Source: Hyphochytrium catenoides
Lineage: Eukaryota; Protista; Hyphochytriomycota
NCBI GenBank assembly: GCA_900088475.1
Contig: FLMG01001544.1
Coordinates: 1 to 64,000 of the forward strand
DNA: 64,000 bases
Direction of reading: 5' to 3'
Below the pieces are notes generated by a model. It was not told the origin of the DNA, did not search any database, and saw only the letters and a list, made by a program, of their open reading frames with translations. Each line of letters opens with the position of its first letter. Position 1 is the stretch's first letter. Below are positions 1 through 12,334 of this stretch, one piece after another. The position numbers were made by a program, and so were the translations under genes.

Positions 1-12
1 ACCCTTCCCATC

Positions 13-291
13 ATGGCCTCGTCTCCCTCTTCCTCTCCCCCTTCCACCCAGCGCTTACCAGCAGCCTCCTCAACTTTAGCTCTGTCTGAGATCATTGCCC
101 GATTTTCACTGCTGGGAACGTGCACCGTGGCTGATGCCATGGCTCAGCTGGGGATCCAAGGACATCTTGTGGACGTATTGCCCTTCTCCCCTGCGGCAGC
201 ATCCTCCTCCTCGTCTTTCCCTATCTGTGGACCTGCCCATACGTAAGTAGCCTGCAACGATGAGAGAGCTTGCCTGTCTTTTACTTTGTCT

Positions 292-341
<50 letters not shown>

Positions 342-762
342 CCACCCTCCCTCTCTCTCGCCTCCGCCTCTCCTCTCGCCCCTGTCTGGCATGTTCCGGA
401 CGTGTCCTACTCTTTATCATTTTATCACTCTTAGCGGTTGAAGAAGCAGGTTCCGGACTCTTTCCTCTTCCATCTGTCTCATCTTCCTCACTGATAACTG
501 GTGCGCGCCTCCTCTGTGTCTCAGCGTGTTGATGTTGCCTTCAAATGGTGCACGGGTCCCGAAGTACAGCGGCTCGCATCATGTACGGCCTTATCTCCTG
601 ACTACTCCTCCACTGCCGCTTCACCTTCGTTCCTTCGAGCTCGTGCTTTCTCTGTCCTTGGACATGCATAGTGACCTCTTCGGCTCAAAAGCCATCACTC
701 GTTAGCTTCGAATTCCCCATCCTTCGTTCTACCCTCAGATCTCTTCCTTACTGCTTCGATCT

Positions 763-800
<38 letters not shown>

Positions 801-1911
801 ACCTCTTCCCCTTCTGTCTTGCTCGTGCTCTTGGCGTGCTTGTTATCTTCTGCTCTCGCCCCTCTAAACACTCTCTCAGCTCGGTGTGTCTCTTCTCTTT
901 CATTCTCTACAGCAAAATTCTTGATGCTTTTAGTGCTTCTAAGGCCGTCTATCACTCTACCTACCCTCGATTATCATCCCCGTACCAATAGTACTGCTGT
1001 GCTATACTTCTCCTTCCGTTAGTCAATCTCTTCCTCAATCTTTTGGTTCTTACTTCTGCCTCTGCCGCTGCGAGACAGGTTGACTCCGCGCCGACTGGCT
1101 CTGTTGTCGTGATAGCAGCGCCGGAGGGCCCCACAGCAGTGTGGGGCGGCCTTATGTCTCAGCGGTAAGAGTCTGAAGACGAGAAGGGTTGACTCCGTCT
1201 AGAAAGGTTCCTCTGTTCTCTTCAGGTGGAAAGGGCCTGCTGGCGGCCTAGCCGTCTCATTTTATTACCGTCAAGAGTGATGTCACTTTGCTTGCACATG
1301 TACACGACGACTGCTCCTACGGCGACAACTGCCTTACGATCCATTCTTTCCGCTTTTGAAGGGCCAAAATTCTGGGCTGCAAAGCGGCAGTTCTTGGTGG
1401 ACGATGTAGAGATATTGACGAGAGTCAAGAGCTCAACTTCCCGGTCTTCGCTCAAGGTCAAGAAGCATCCAATCTCTTTTCTCACCTTCCTCCACCAAAA
1501 GTGGCGGGCAACGAATGGACAGCCATCGCAAGTTCGCCGCTCGTTCCTACTCTTATACCGGACCTCGTCTGCACTTTTGAGCTCTCTTCTACCGTTACCT
1601 CTGCCCAAGACTCATGAAAGGGAGCCATTGACCAACTCTTTCCTCCTTCAGGCCTGTCCGTGCATGGCAACCGCGGTGTTAATACGGTTTACGACGTGAA
1701 CTGCCCAGTCCTAGTAGCTGGCAGGGTTGTCAGGCCTGGGGATCTCGTGCACGCTGATATGAACGGAGTTCTTGTCATCCCTCAAGAAGAGGCAACAGAG
1801 GTCCTACTAAGAGCGGAGACACTGCATGCGGAGGACGAGAAAGTGAAGAAAGAGATAGGCAATGGGAGAAGCATCAAAGAGAGCTTTGCCTTACACAGAT
1901 CAAAGCTTTAG
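13..1911 (+). CDS. RraA-family protein / 4-hydroxy-4-methyl-2-oxoglutarate aldolase-like, 5 exons
   Basis: Exons 13-242, 525-582, 1079-1164, 1362-1456, 1652-1911 splice in phase to give TCTVADAM...ICGPAHTV...GSVVVIAA...AVWGGLMSQRAKILGCKAAVLGGRCRDIDE...FPVFAQG...VRPGDLVHADMNGVLVIP, the RraA/HMG aldolase motif series. Confidence 0.9.
296..339. repeat. (CT)n microsatellite, intronic
   Basis: Perfect CT run inside intron 1 of the RraA gene; a second run lies at about 767-798. Confidence 0.95.
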
Positions 1912-2574
1912 CGATTATGGCCTGACGCTGAGGGAAGTCTATCCCAAATGCTGTCTCTCTTATATAAAAGAGGGTCTGCACTCTCTTTCTTCATTTAGAA
2001 AAAAAGGAGACTGCACTTCCGCTGCAGGTTGAGGCGATGACATCCGAGACAATGATCTTGAGACAGAACGACCAGGAAGACAGGAATAAAAAGATGAGGA
2101 ACTAGAGACCCTTACAGTCTCCGGCCGAGAGACAGGTCAGGACCAGTGGGAAGTGGACGGAACGAGATGTTGGCACACTGAAGCTCCTAGCTAACCGCTG
2201 CAGGCGCCCCATTACGGAAAGACGGATAGACGTTTAAGACAGCCGCCCAACAGGAGAGGAGCTTGCTCGGCTTTCGAACCCTCGTGACGCACTTAGGTGG
2301 CGGGCATAACAGGCTGAAGATACATTATATTTTGCTTCAGAGTAGGAAGGAGAGGAGTCCTATCCACCTCCTCCTTGCTCTTCGGCGCATGGATAAATAT
2401 AGAAAGATGACACATCGATACAAGCAGAGCCTTATCACATACAAATGCACAATGAAGTCTGGAAAATAACAGAAGGGTAACACACTTATGAACAGGTAGA
2501 AAATAGCACAAACATTGAACAACAGGTTGCGCGGATTGCATGAGGAGCAGATGTCCGTCTTGGTACTTGATGTC

Positions 2575-5500
2575 TTAGGCATTGGAAGCAAAATGCTGCC
2601 GATGAGGAGACCCAGGTAGGACCAGGCGACGCTTCTGAGGGGCCTTAGGAGAGCCAAAGGACAGTGGATGAGGGTGCCGGGATTCCTTGTGGCACCAGTC
2701 ACAGAGATGGAAGTGTGGACAAAAGGTGCATTGCCAGCTCTCAGAAGAGAGGATCATCAATTGACACTCCTTGCAGGTCTGCCGAGGAAGAGGGAGAGAA
2801 GGGTCGTGAAGGTGTGCGAGTATGACAGCGGTAGAGTGCTTTGCTCGGCGCAGAGAGTCAAACTGTAGCTGGGCGAAGGAGCAGATTTGATGAAAAGACT
2901 GCCTAGAGTCCAAAAGGGGATTACTGATCCGCGTAAGGTGGTCAACGGTCATAGACTCCCCTATCTCCTCTAGCGCTTCTCGAGGTATGGGATTCAATTC
3001 GACCACGTAGATGTCGTCTTTCTTTAGTTTGAGGCCTTCTGCGATTGGCCGGAGAAGGCTTTTACCAGGCTGAGAAGGACAGATACGCTCCCCTTCCGGC
3101 CGCTGCTTATTTCTCTCTTTCTTTACCGTGTTTGCTAGTGGTTCCGTAGCCGGCTTTGCAGCGGGTCTAGCAGCCACTACTCGTTCGATCTCCGCTACGA
3201 AGACGTCCCCTTCGAAATAAGGTGGAGGCGACTTTAGCAGGAAGATAGAGCGCACCCCTCCTCTGCCAGAAGTTCCTTGAGGTTTCATCTGTGAGACTGG
3301 AACTTCTTGAAAGTACTCGTCAAAGAAGTTGGTAACCCTCGTCACAATGTTGAGCTCAGTCCCCTTTCGGAAAACCTCCTGATACCACATCCGAAGCTGC
3401 TCTGCCCCCGGCGTTCTCTGTAAGAAATAACAATGAGTGCTCAAGTGTAAAGCGAAGAGAGCGCAGGAGAAATGTACCAAGATAATTAACATCGTACGCT
3501 CGAAGTAGAGCGGGAGAAAGGACGCAAGAATAGAGAAAGGAGACTGTGTGGCATACCTGAAAGGGTGGATGGCACCAGAAGATGTAGCTTAGACTTCTAT
3601 GAGGTGGGCAGGCCCAGATATGAACATGAGAGAATGCTCTGCGCCGTAAATGGTCCATATACCCGAGCAGGACGTGCTGGTAGACGAAGGTTCGAAGAGA
3701 AGGAGGGGAGAGATAGCGCACAGAATCCAAGTAGGCAATGTACGCCCTTCTTCTGTTCGCTGGATTCTCACAGTTGGGTCCATACTCCTGGACATAGACC
3801 GCGAAGAGACAGACATCCACGTTCTGATGCTTTTGAAACAGTAGAATGGCTTTTGAAGTGTGAGAGATATGAGAGGGATAGTTCTCTCCCTCTTTTACGC
3901 CACAGAAGCCAATCTCCATAGCTTGTGGAATAACATCAACTTTGGCGTCAATAGCTGAGACAACCCTGATTGTGAGAGACTCTGCCACTCGCTCCTGGTC
4001 AATGGATTGCAGCTTTTCGCGGATGAACTTCTCTAAACTCTCGCTGAGTTGACACACAGGAAGAGACGAGGCCGACATGGAGAGCGAAGATGGAGAGTAA
4101 CTCTTCTGAGCCTGACCAGTTTCCCGGGTGGGATAGAGAAGAGATGGACTAGCAGAGGAGAGGTGCGCCGTTGAAGACGCACCCGCTTGGGAAGAGCACA
4201 CGATGCAGATGTGGGAACGTTCCTGCTCTTTTGTTCTATTTGCGCGATCATAGTGTACCGAGCAAACTTCATGCATCCAGCTCTTACATAACTCACAGCT
4301 CACCCAGTTCTCCACTTCAGCCTCCAGTTTCTTCTTCGCAAGCTGTAGTTTCAGCTCAGCGGGAGATAAGCCGCGCGGGACTTTTGCCGTCTCGGAGGTA
4401 CGCTGCCGCGGCCTACAGGAGTTAGACTCTGGAGAGTCCATTATAGAGGAAATAGAAGGCTGAGGGTGTGCCCTTTCCTTGTCATCGGAATGCTTAGCAG
4501 CAGAAGGGGCCTTCTTGCAGCGGGAAAGGTTATTGTAGCACTTGGTGCACCACTGTCTACATCCATCTCTAGTCTCGTAGTAGGCAGTGCCCTTCCGGAT
4601 GATCTGGCCACACGGGCCATAGCAGTAGATCTGGTAAGGCGTCAGCTCCAGGCAGCCATCTCCACAAAGAGAGCACCGTCTGCCTTGGCACTTGTCACAC
4701 TGGTGAGACATTGCTTTCTCATCGTCCACCGCCAGCCTCTGGAGCAGCTGGTCCATATGTTCCTCAAAGACGAGAAGGAGTTCCTCTGCCGCAAGGTGTA
4801 CGAAGTGCCCTTGGGGGTTGAAAAGCATGGCATTCTCAAAGACCAATCTTATGTCATTATAGACGGAGCTGATCTTCTCATAGTATCCAGCCAGGAGCCG
4901 TTTCTTTACGGTGCCAAGGTCCATCGGCCTCTATAGCGGGAGAAAGTCAACATGCAGAACCAGTGGACGTAAGTTATCCAATGATAAGGCTTTCTCATTC
5001 AAACCGTTTCCTCTTCTCTCTCTTACCACCATATCCCCTGCAATAAGAGCCCTTCTGAAGGTATGACTGACTAGATGCATCTACGACGCCTATCATGGCA
5101 GTCTTGTTCCTCACAGTCTTGTTCCTCACCTTCACAATATCACAGTACGTTGGCAAGTTCATCGCCACGGGATCTACTGGAGAGTTAAACATGCCTTTCA
5201 CATTTCTGGTGTGCTCAATGAGCTTCTGAAGCACTGGCAGCATTTTCCGCAGCCGCTGGACGCCTTGGTCTTTCTCCAAAAGGTCCAAATGCTCTCGCAG
5301 ATCGGCGGTTGAGAGACCCTTTGCTGGGCCTCCATTCTCAGTGTCGGAATGAGCCGGCAAAGACTCCTTCATCTCCATTGGCGGTGACCAACATATCAAC
5401 GGGAAGCCATTCGGAGAGTTACTGGACAGAGTGATGGCAAACAGAGAGAACTTAGCATGTCTACATTAGAGGTTTGGACAAGCCAAATTGCCCAAACACA

Positions 5501-6199
5501 CCTTTCTGGCTCTGGCGACGACTTCTGCTTCTTATAAGAGGGCAGAAAGCTGGGTGGATTATCGCTATTGACATTGCAAGACTTCGAAGCGTGTGCGAGG
5601 TTGCAGTCCAACGTTGCAGCTAACCGTCTTTGATCCTTGTACTTCCTAACTTTTTCAAATTCCTGACGGCTTTGGCTGAAGGAGGAAGTCCTCCGAGCTG
5701 TTGGCTGCTTGTAGAGGCTGCTGCGTGCAGAAGCCCCGTTTGGGGAAGATGAACCGTGGGGGCGCTTCTTTCCTGCTACTTTACCCACCTCCGGAAACGA
5801 CATTTGCTTAAATTTGACCTGCAGGTGGTTCATAAGGCGGAGCCACAATGCGTGCCGCGTGACTACCTCGCCCAACATATCAAAGCCTCCGCCGTGGCTC
5901 ACGATAGAGTCTGTCAAAAATGGCCTTAGACTCTCACAAAGTCCATGTCAGTGGAAGGTCAACGAGAGAGTGTATATAGGCTTACCAACAATGCGATCTA
6001 TAGCTGTTCCGGGTGGAGGAGGACACGACACTCCCAGCTGCGCACTCTTGACACTCTTTACCATCCGACTCTGCACCGTCTTCTTGAGACCCGGAGCGCT
6101 GGAGACACCTTCCATTTTGAGGTCATCTTTCGCCCTTAATGCGGACTCCGATGAGATCTTAATGCGGATCTTTAGCCTTGGGTCGCCTTCTCTTTCCAT
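2575..6199 (-). CDS. p300/CBP-like (KAT3/KAT11) histone acetyltransferase: bromodomain, RING/PHD, HAT, ZZ finger; multi-exon, 5' end uncertain
   Basis: Bromodomain ([16 protein letters not shown]|[15 protein letters not shown]), PHD ([15 protein letters not shown]), HAT motifs ([45 protein letters not shown]) and ZZ finger ([19 protein letters not shown]). Start placed at ATG 6199; upstream exons are possible (donor-like site near 6318). Confidence 0.9.
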
Positions 6200-7619
6200 C
6201 TTTCCGTACACGTATGAAGAGACTGGGATCTACCAGTGATGCTGCTCTAAGACATTTTTCTCCTACTCGTCGTAGTAGATAGAGCTCCACCGGTTACGCG
6301 AAGCATCATGATACTTACTGCGCGGCTGCCCCACCCAAGCGGTGACGGTTAGAGTTACTTGGAGGATGAGACCTTGACAGCACGCAACGAAGCCCCGGCT
6401 TCTGGGTCTTCGCAAGCAAGTTTATGTCTCTTCAGAATTGGCCAGACGTGTGAGAAAAGACAAGACAGAGGAAGAGTGGGCGACAGCAACCGANNTGTGA
6501 TGGATCTTGTCTCTGCTCTGTGTGTACCTTCTCCTCTCACTCTCCTGACAGTGAAAACGCTTTTTTGAAAATGGAAAGTTCCATTCGTCGCTTTCTTGAG
6601 TTGCATGCTCCTGCAAGAGATATCCAACTCCAGCAGACTGTGGGAACAGACAGAGGATAGGATAGATAGGGTAAACTCATAGAGCCTTGTAGGTAAGGTC
6701 TAAGAAAGAGTAGACTTGAGAGGGATAGTTGTTCCTGTTCGTTGCGAGACAGAGTGTTGTCTTTGAGCATGGTGGTGCACTGGAGGTGGAAGCACGCGAT
6801 TGGCTGTGGCGTCCCCTCCTCCTCCCCTCTCAGGAAGGGAGGGAGGAAGGAAGAAGATCGTTGGGAGAAAGAGTGGGTGGGCTTTTGAATGCACCATCCA
6901 TCCATTCTTTGCCAACGGTCAGGATTTCTAGACCCTGTTTGGGCGGATGGGTAGCTTGGCATGTACCCTCATGAGCTTTGTGGCATAAAGGCCAACCACA
7001 TTCACCATTTATTGGTTTAAGATAGGAAGCTACTGTTAGGAATTATGCGAGGCTTTAGCCACATTATCTATCATACGGTGAGCAACGGTAGGGGTTATTT
7101 GTCATCGAAGTTATTGTCTCTGAAACGGTCTGCAGACAAAATGTTCCAGAAGTTCATATGAACTGGAGGCAATCAGCAATCAGGCACTGCAGAGCTAGTA
7201 ATCAGTAACATGTAATGAGTGATCCCTACCCAGATTGATTTTGGCGTCACCGCCTCAATCAGGCAATCAGCTCACATCATCAGAAGCCATCAGAAGCAAG
7301 ACGACGAAAAGACTAGCAATAACAAGTGGGAGATGTGTTCGATGATGGGCGGATGGCACGGACAGACCATCAAGAAGAAGAATGTGCATCCAAGACGGAG
7401 ACAAGGGATCTCCGAAACAACTTCGTTTCGTTATTGCAGGACGCCTACTCGTGGGTTCTGCAAGAAGTGCAACTGAGGGCAGCCATTGCTCGCTAGTACG
7501 TAGAGCAGTGAGCTTAGAAGCAGTCCCTTGCTACTAATAGTCCCTTCTTCTAGACGCATGATATCCATCCCGGTTTAGCGCTTTGTTGCTCGTTCTAGCT
7601 ATTCAGTGTGCTAGACCAG

Positions 7620-8237
7620 ATGGAGCACGTGACCTGCCTGTCCATGCATCAGCCGTGGGCTTCATTGCTCGTTTACGGAATCAAGAGGGTGGAGGGCCGC
7701 TCCTGGCCCACCGACTTCCGAGGTATGTCGCGGGTAAGGGAAGGCATATTTATAAGCTCTGCTAACGCGCATTGCATTGACTTTTCAGGTAAGCTCTGGA
7801 TCCATGCAGCCTCTAAGGAACCAACGGAAGAAGAGATCTTAAGTGTGGAAAACTCTTATCGGGCTATTTACAAGACGGACGGTATCGACGCGCTCCAGTT
7901 TCCTGCTCACTATCCGACGGGATGCTTGATTGGGTCTGTGGAGGTTGTGGATGTGCTCTCCCAAGAGGACTTCCAAGGCCACACTGGCATTACTAGAGGA
8001 ATGCTGGAAGAGAGCAGTTCCGACTACGTTTTTCTATGCGAAGCGCCTCACCGGCTGCTTATGCCATTCCAGATGCCTGGTCAACACAAGGTCGAAGCGG
8101 TTTCGCATGTCTTGCTTGTGATGGCACTGTTCTAACCATCTACCCTGCAGTTATGGAAGCTCCCCAAAAAGGCGGCCAAAGATGCGATCCTAGGACTAAG
8201 ACCTGTGCAAGCGCCCCTGCCCACAAAATTCAAGTGA
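7620..8237 (+). CDS. Stand-alone ASCH-domain (ASC-1 homology, PUA-like) protein, 3 exons
   Basis: Exons 7620-7722, 7789-8090, 8151-8237: CLSMHQPWASLLVYGIKRVEGRSW..FRGKLWIHAA...YPTGCLIGSV...GQHKLWKL, with the GxKxxExR ASCH signature. Confidence 0.9.
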
Positions 8238-8289
8238 AAGAATTGGAGGAGTGCCCGTCGGACCCCACCGATAGCATGAAGGCTTTAAT

Positions 8290-9267
8290 TTATTGTGAGG
8301 AAGTATAAATAGGAGGCTGCTTGGCGTATTGAGCCACTATTTGAAGAACGTTATCCAAGGAAGGCAGCAGTACATCGGCCTCTCTCGCCAGTTCATGAGG
8401 AGCTGTGGAGCCGGTCATTACCCCCACTGATAGAGCACAACCTGCTTGTTTGGCCAGTACCATGTCGGACTTCGTGTCTCCTACCACAATAGTCTGTGAT
8501 GGTGACGCTTTCAAGGACCGGCATAGAGCCCATATCTGTTCCGGGTTAGGCTTCACGGGAACTTCATCATCTCCACAGGCAACTCCATCGACCAGAGCTC
8601 CTACACCTAGATGGCTCAACAGTGCCTCGGTCCGACCCCTGTCATCCAGAGTCACCACAGCAATCTTTGCACCCATACCTCGGATCTTGGAAAACAAGCT
8701 CACAAGATCCGAGGTGGGCTTTGCTAGCTTCTTCGGATCCGGAAGCTTCCAGCAGTCCTTCACGAGTCTGCTGGCATCTTCTGCAGACAGACCATTATGC
8801 TGGACGACCGAAACCACAGACTGAAAGATACTGGGCAGCGTGGAGTCTGAGATGCGGCTATCGCTTAGAATTTTCCTTGTCTGACTGTCATACCCAAGGA
8901 CCTCAAACAGTTTCTCCCTTAGGTTCATGTTACTCTTTTTCTCAATAGTCCACGCCAGAGACTCAACGAAACTCCTCCACATAGCCTGAAAGTCTATTAA
9001 GGTGCCATCCTTGTCGAAAACCACTAGACAGTTGGGTTTGTGTTGCACAGCAGGGTAGTAAGAGGACATTGGTTGGGTCCGAAGGCCATAAGCATCAGCT
9101 CGAGGCTGGTGTGTGGGTGTCAGGATAGGTCTATGAAGGTGTTTGGACTGAGGGCCATGGCTCCTCATCGCTTTGTACTGGGCATAACTGGCAGGTCGAG
9201 CATTCAAGCTCATCACTTCAACCGGGCTCCGATGCCGAATGGAAGTGGCCAGAACTTGCCTCCTCAT
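8290..9267 (-). CDS. HAD-superfamily (type IA, phosphoglycolate-phosphatase-like) hydrolase, intronless
   Basis: Motif I VVFDKDGTL, motif II AVVT, motif III KPNP, motif IV VGDTKSD; the R/S-rich N-terminus could be an organellar targeting peptide. Confidence 0.88.
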   Translation of the reverse strand: MRRQVLATSIRHRSPVEVMSLNARPASYAQYKAMRSHGPQSKHLHRPILTPTHQPRADAYGLRTQPMSSYYPAVQHKPNCLVVFDKDGTLIDFQAMWRSFVESLAWTIEKKSNMNLREKLFEVLGYDSQTRKILSDSRISDSTLPSIFQSVVSVVQHNGLSAEDASRLVKDCWKLPDPKKLAKPTSDLVSLFSKIRGMGAKIAVVTLDDRGRTEALLSHLGVGALVDGVACGDDEVPVKPNPEQIWALCRSLKASPSQTIVVGDTKSDMVLAKQAGCALSVGVMTGSTAPHELAREADVLLPSLDNVLQIVAQYAKQPPIYTSSQ

Positions 9268-10814
9268 CTTTCCGAAGTCCGAGAACGGAGACCAGCTGGG
9301 TTGTAGCCAAACGAAGCAAACCTAGTCCTGGCTTCTACCGAGTTCTACGAGCTCTGTGCAGAAGTCCGGTGAGGTTGTCTTCTCTTGCTCTTGTGAATAT
9401 TATCCGCAGCAGCGAAGATCATCCAGTGAATTGCTGCTAGGTACGAACTTTCCCAACAACAAGCAGATTGCGGTTGTTGACGATTAGCGCAGATCCACCT
9501 CCTCAATGATTGTGTCTATATTGTGTCATAACAGATCCTAGGGAATGCAGGAGCTCCATGTCTTGTCCACCTCTTCCACACTCCCTTGGTTGTCACCACT
9601 GCATCCTTCATCAGCGCCAGCCGCCTTCCACCTTTTCAGCCCCTCATGTAGCAAGCCTCTCTAAACCGTTTCATCACTAACTAACTCCTGTCTGTACTAC
9701 AGACGAGCCAACTTTGGAGCTTTTCTTAGTATCATTGGTCCCACTGTCCGCGCTACAACTGTACAAAGAGACGGGAACAGTAGAAAGGGCAGATCCCACC
9801 TCTTCATGGTTCCTATTGTTCATAAGGGCTAGCCAAAATCCCGTCTTTATGTACAGCACACAGCCTCGAACCTTTCCCATCTCTTTCCTACCATTATTTC
9901 TCCCGCAGTAGGTATAATGCCTTGAAAGATTCAACCCTGAAAGAATACTTCGTGAGAAAACTTCCAGAGGAATCTCCCTTGCATCTCACGCCTTCAATAG
10001 AAGCCACGCTGCCCTCCTAGATTCACAGAAACACTGGGGTTGCCTAGAATCTATCGCACTACGTCAATCCCTCGCGTACATGCGGAATAAATACACATAA
10101 AGCAAGGTGTATTCCCCGTATACTACCGTATTATTCCTAACATGGGCCTGCCTGATGTTGTAGAGATTCTGATGGAAGCTTGACAAAAAGGTCGTAGCAT
10201 TTGCCAGAAATTTCTCCTCGTCGTCTGTCTTGTCTAAAAGGGTCAGTTGAAGCCATCCTCCTCCTTACACCAGTTAGTTAACCTTCCACGTGGGGTCACC
10301 ATCTACCGTTAACGGCTCCGGCTCTCTAGGAAAGAGAAAGGACACTCTCATCGGTGATGTGTCCCTCTTTGATGTCACTCTGTCTCTTGGCTCCTGTGGG
10401 CTTCTCTCACCGTCGCACCCCTTGCATCCATGTTCGCTCCCCTATCTATTCTCCTCTCACTGTCTCTTCATCACTGGGATTTTCTAGCATGATGGCCTTC
10501 AATGCCTTCTGTTGGCGCGACGGGTCAGAGGAGCTGAGATGTAAGCAACATCAGCAGCTGTCAGAACGCTGCCCTTCCTCGGGCCATTGACAATGTTCTT
10601 CTCCTGCCGTGATCTTTCAGATTTTATTGCGTCACTACGGTTTGTTCCTCTTCTCACTACAACGACCGTCTGTCTTTGTCACTCAGTAAATCTACGTAAA
10701 CAGCAGAAACCTCTTACCTGCGGGTGCATTGTGCTTCTCTCTTTGACGCTTTATAGACAGGACTTTGTTACCACGGGATAGAGTCTGTTAACCGCGGGAT
10801 AGAGGTCCCGCGTA

Positions 10815-12334
10815 ATGGCGCCATCAAACGGAGGCGCCAGCGAATCTAAGTGGGTCCGTTTCCTCGCCGGAGGGACTGCGGCAGGGGTTGCGGAGGTCCT
10901 GACCATGCCTATTGACGTAGCAAAAGTTCGACTGCAGGTGCAGGGCTCAGGGAGCAATCCGTCCCGCTCGTCATCTCATTCTGTCGGCAAACGAGCAAGA
11001 GCTCTACTACTACCCAAGTCAGCTGGCTGCTCAGCCCTCCCTATTATCCACTTAACTCATAGCACTCGAGGTCCGGGGATTGACTCCCGCCTATGGCCAC
11101 GAACTGACGCCCCACAGAGAATGCCCGAGGTCAATAGAAGCGGATACCCCAGGCTTGCGAGTGTTATGACTGTGCGGCCTAATACCGCCCGATATAATGG
11201 CATGGTACATGCTATGCTGACCATCGCTAGGACTGAGGGCCTGGAGGGCTTGTTTAAAGGGCTTGCGCCAGCGCTAATCCGTCAAGTGAGCTACTCGGCA
11301 CTGACTCTTATGTCATACGAACCTATCAGGTAACATGCTTGGAAGGAGCTATGACACCTTCTAGAACCTGCTTGACCTCCTTCAATGCTACTGGGCGATT
11401 GGCGATAATAATAGTGAGTGAGAGATAAGAAGATGTTGGCGAAGTAAAGTAAGGGATGAGGCGACAAATATTTAGGTTGACTGTGCTCCATTGCGTCTTC
11501 TTGCACCCACCGACTCGCCCCTTACCTTCATCCGTGGCTCTTCAATCATCCTGTTATTAGGAACGCCTTAGGAGACACTAGGGAGGAGACCATCTCCTTC
11601 GCGAGAAAGTTGATGGCTGGAGGACTGGCTGGCGCGCTCAGCGTTGCAGCTGTAAACCCGACAGACGTAATCAAGGTTCGGATGCAGGCAGACCGCGCGG
11701 GAAGCCGCTATCAAGGAACGGGCCAGGCATTCCAGCATCTTTGGAAAACAGAAGGCGTTCGAGGGATGTTTGTAGGTGTAGGTCCAAGCGTGCAGCGGGC
11801 ATTCATCGTCAATGCAGCTGAGCTGGCGACCTACGACCATGCCAAGGTTAGTCTCGCGCTTTTGCTGATGCTGCTTGCTTGACTAGCCGCCCCAGCCTCC
11901 AGTTCTCCCCCTTTGTTCTTTTGTAAAGCCCCATCATCATTTGCTCTCCATCACCTGTTACTTCAGGCCAGAGCGCTAGTACTCTATCTAAACTCTGGTG
12001 TCCTCTGTTTGTGCAGCATCTTCTCATTCGAACAGGTTACATCCCAGACAACATTGTGGCGCACGCTTCGGCTTCCGTAATAGCAGGCCTCGTGTCTGCT
12101 ATAGCCAGCAATCCCGTGGACGTAGCAAAGAGTCGCATCATGAACCAGAATGTAGGAAAAGGTGGAAAGCGCATGTACAATGGAATGGCGGATTGCCTGT
12201 TGAAGACTGTGAAAGCTGAGGGCGCGGGTGCCCTATATAAAGGCTTCTTTCCAAACTGGATGAGAAAGGGCCCGCACGTCGTGATCACTTTCGTAGTGTA
12301 TGAGAGGATACGAAAGCTATTGAGTGCGAGCTAG
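10815..12334 (+). CDS. Mitochondrial carrier (SLC25), uncoupling-protein/dicarboxylate-carrier-like
   Basis: Three Px[DE]xxKxR repeats (PIDVAKVR, PTDVIKVR, PVDVAKSR) and the UCP-type RAFIVNAAELATYD; exons 10815-11329, 11561-11846, 12017-12334 (exon 1 may hide a further in-frame intron). Confidence 0.92.

Noticed and set aside
106-1022. ORFs with RERERE / SLSLSL runs (also near 19490-20035 and 23744-24321)
   Set aside because: Translations of (CT)n/(GA)n microsatellites in introns or intergenic DNA.
3565-4936. + strand ORFs of 64-156 aa overlapping the acetyltransferase, and similar shadow ORFs opposite HAD, PI4K, DUSP and GH81
   Set aside because: Antisense frames of recognisable coding exons with no motifs of their own.
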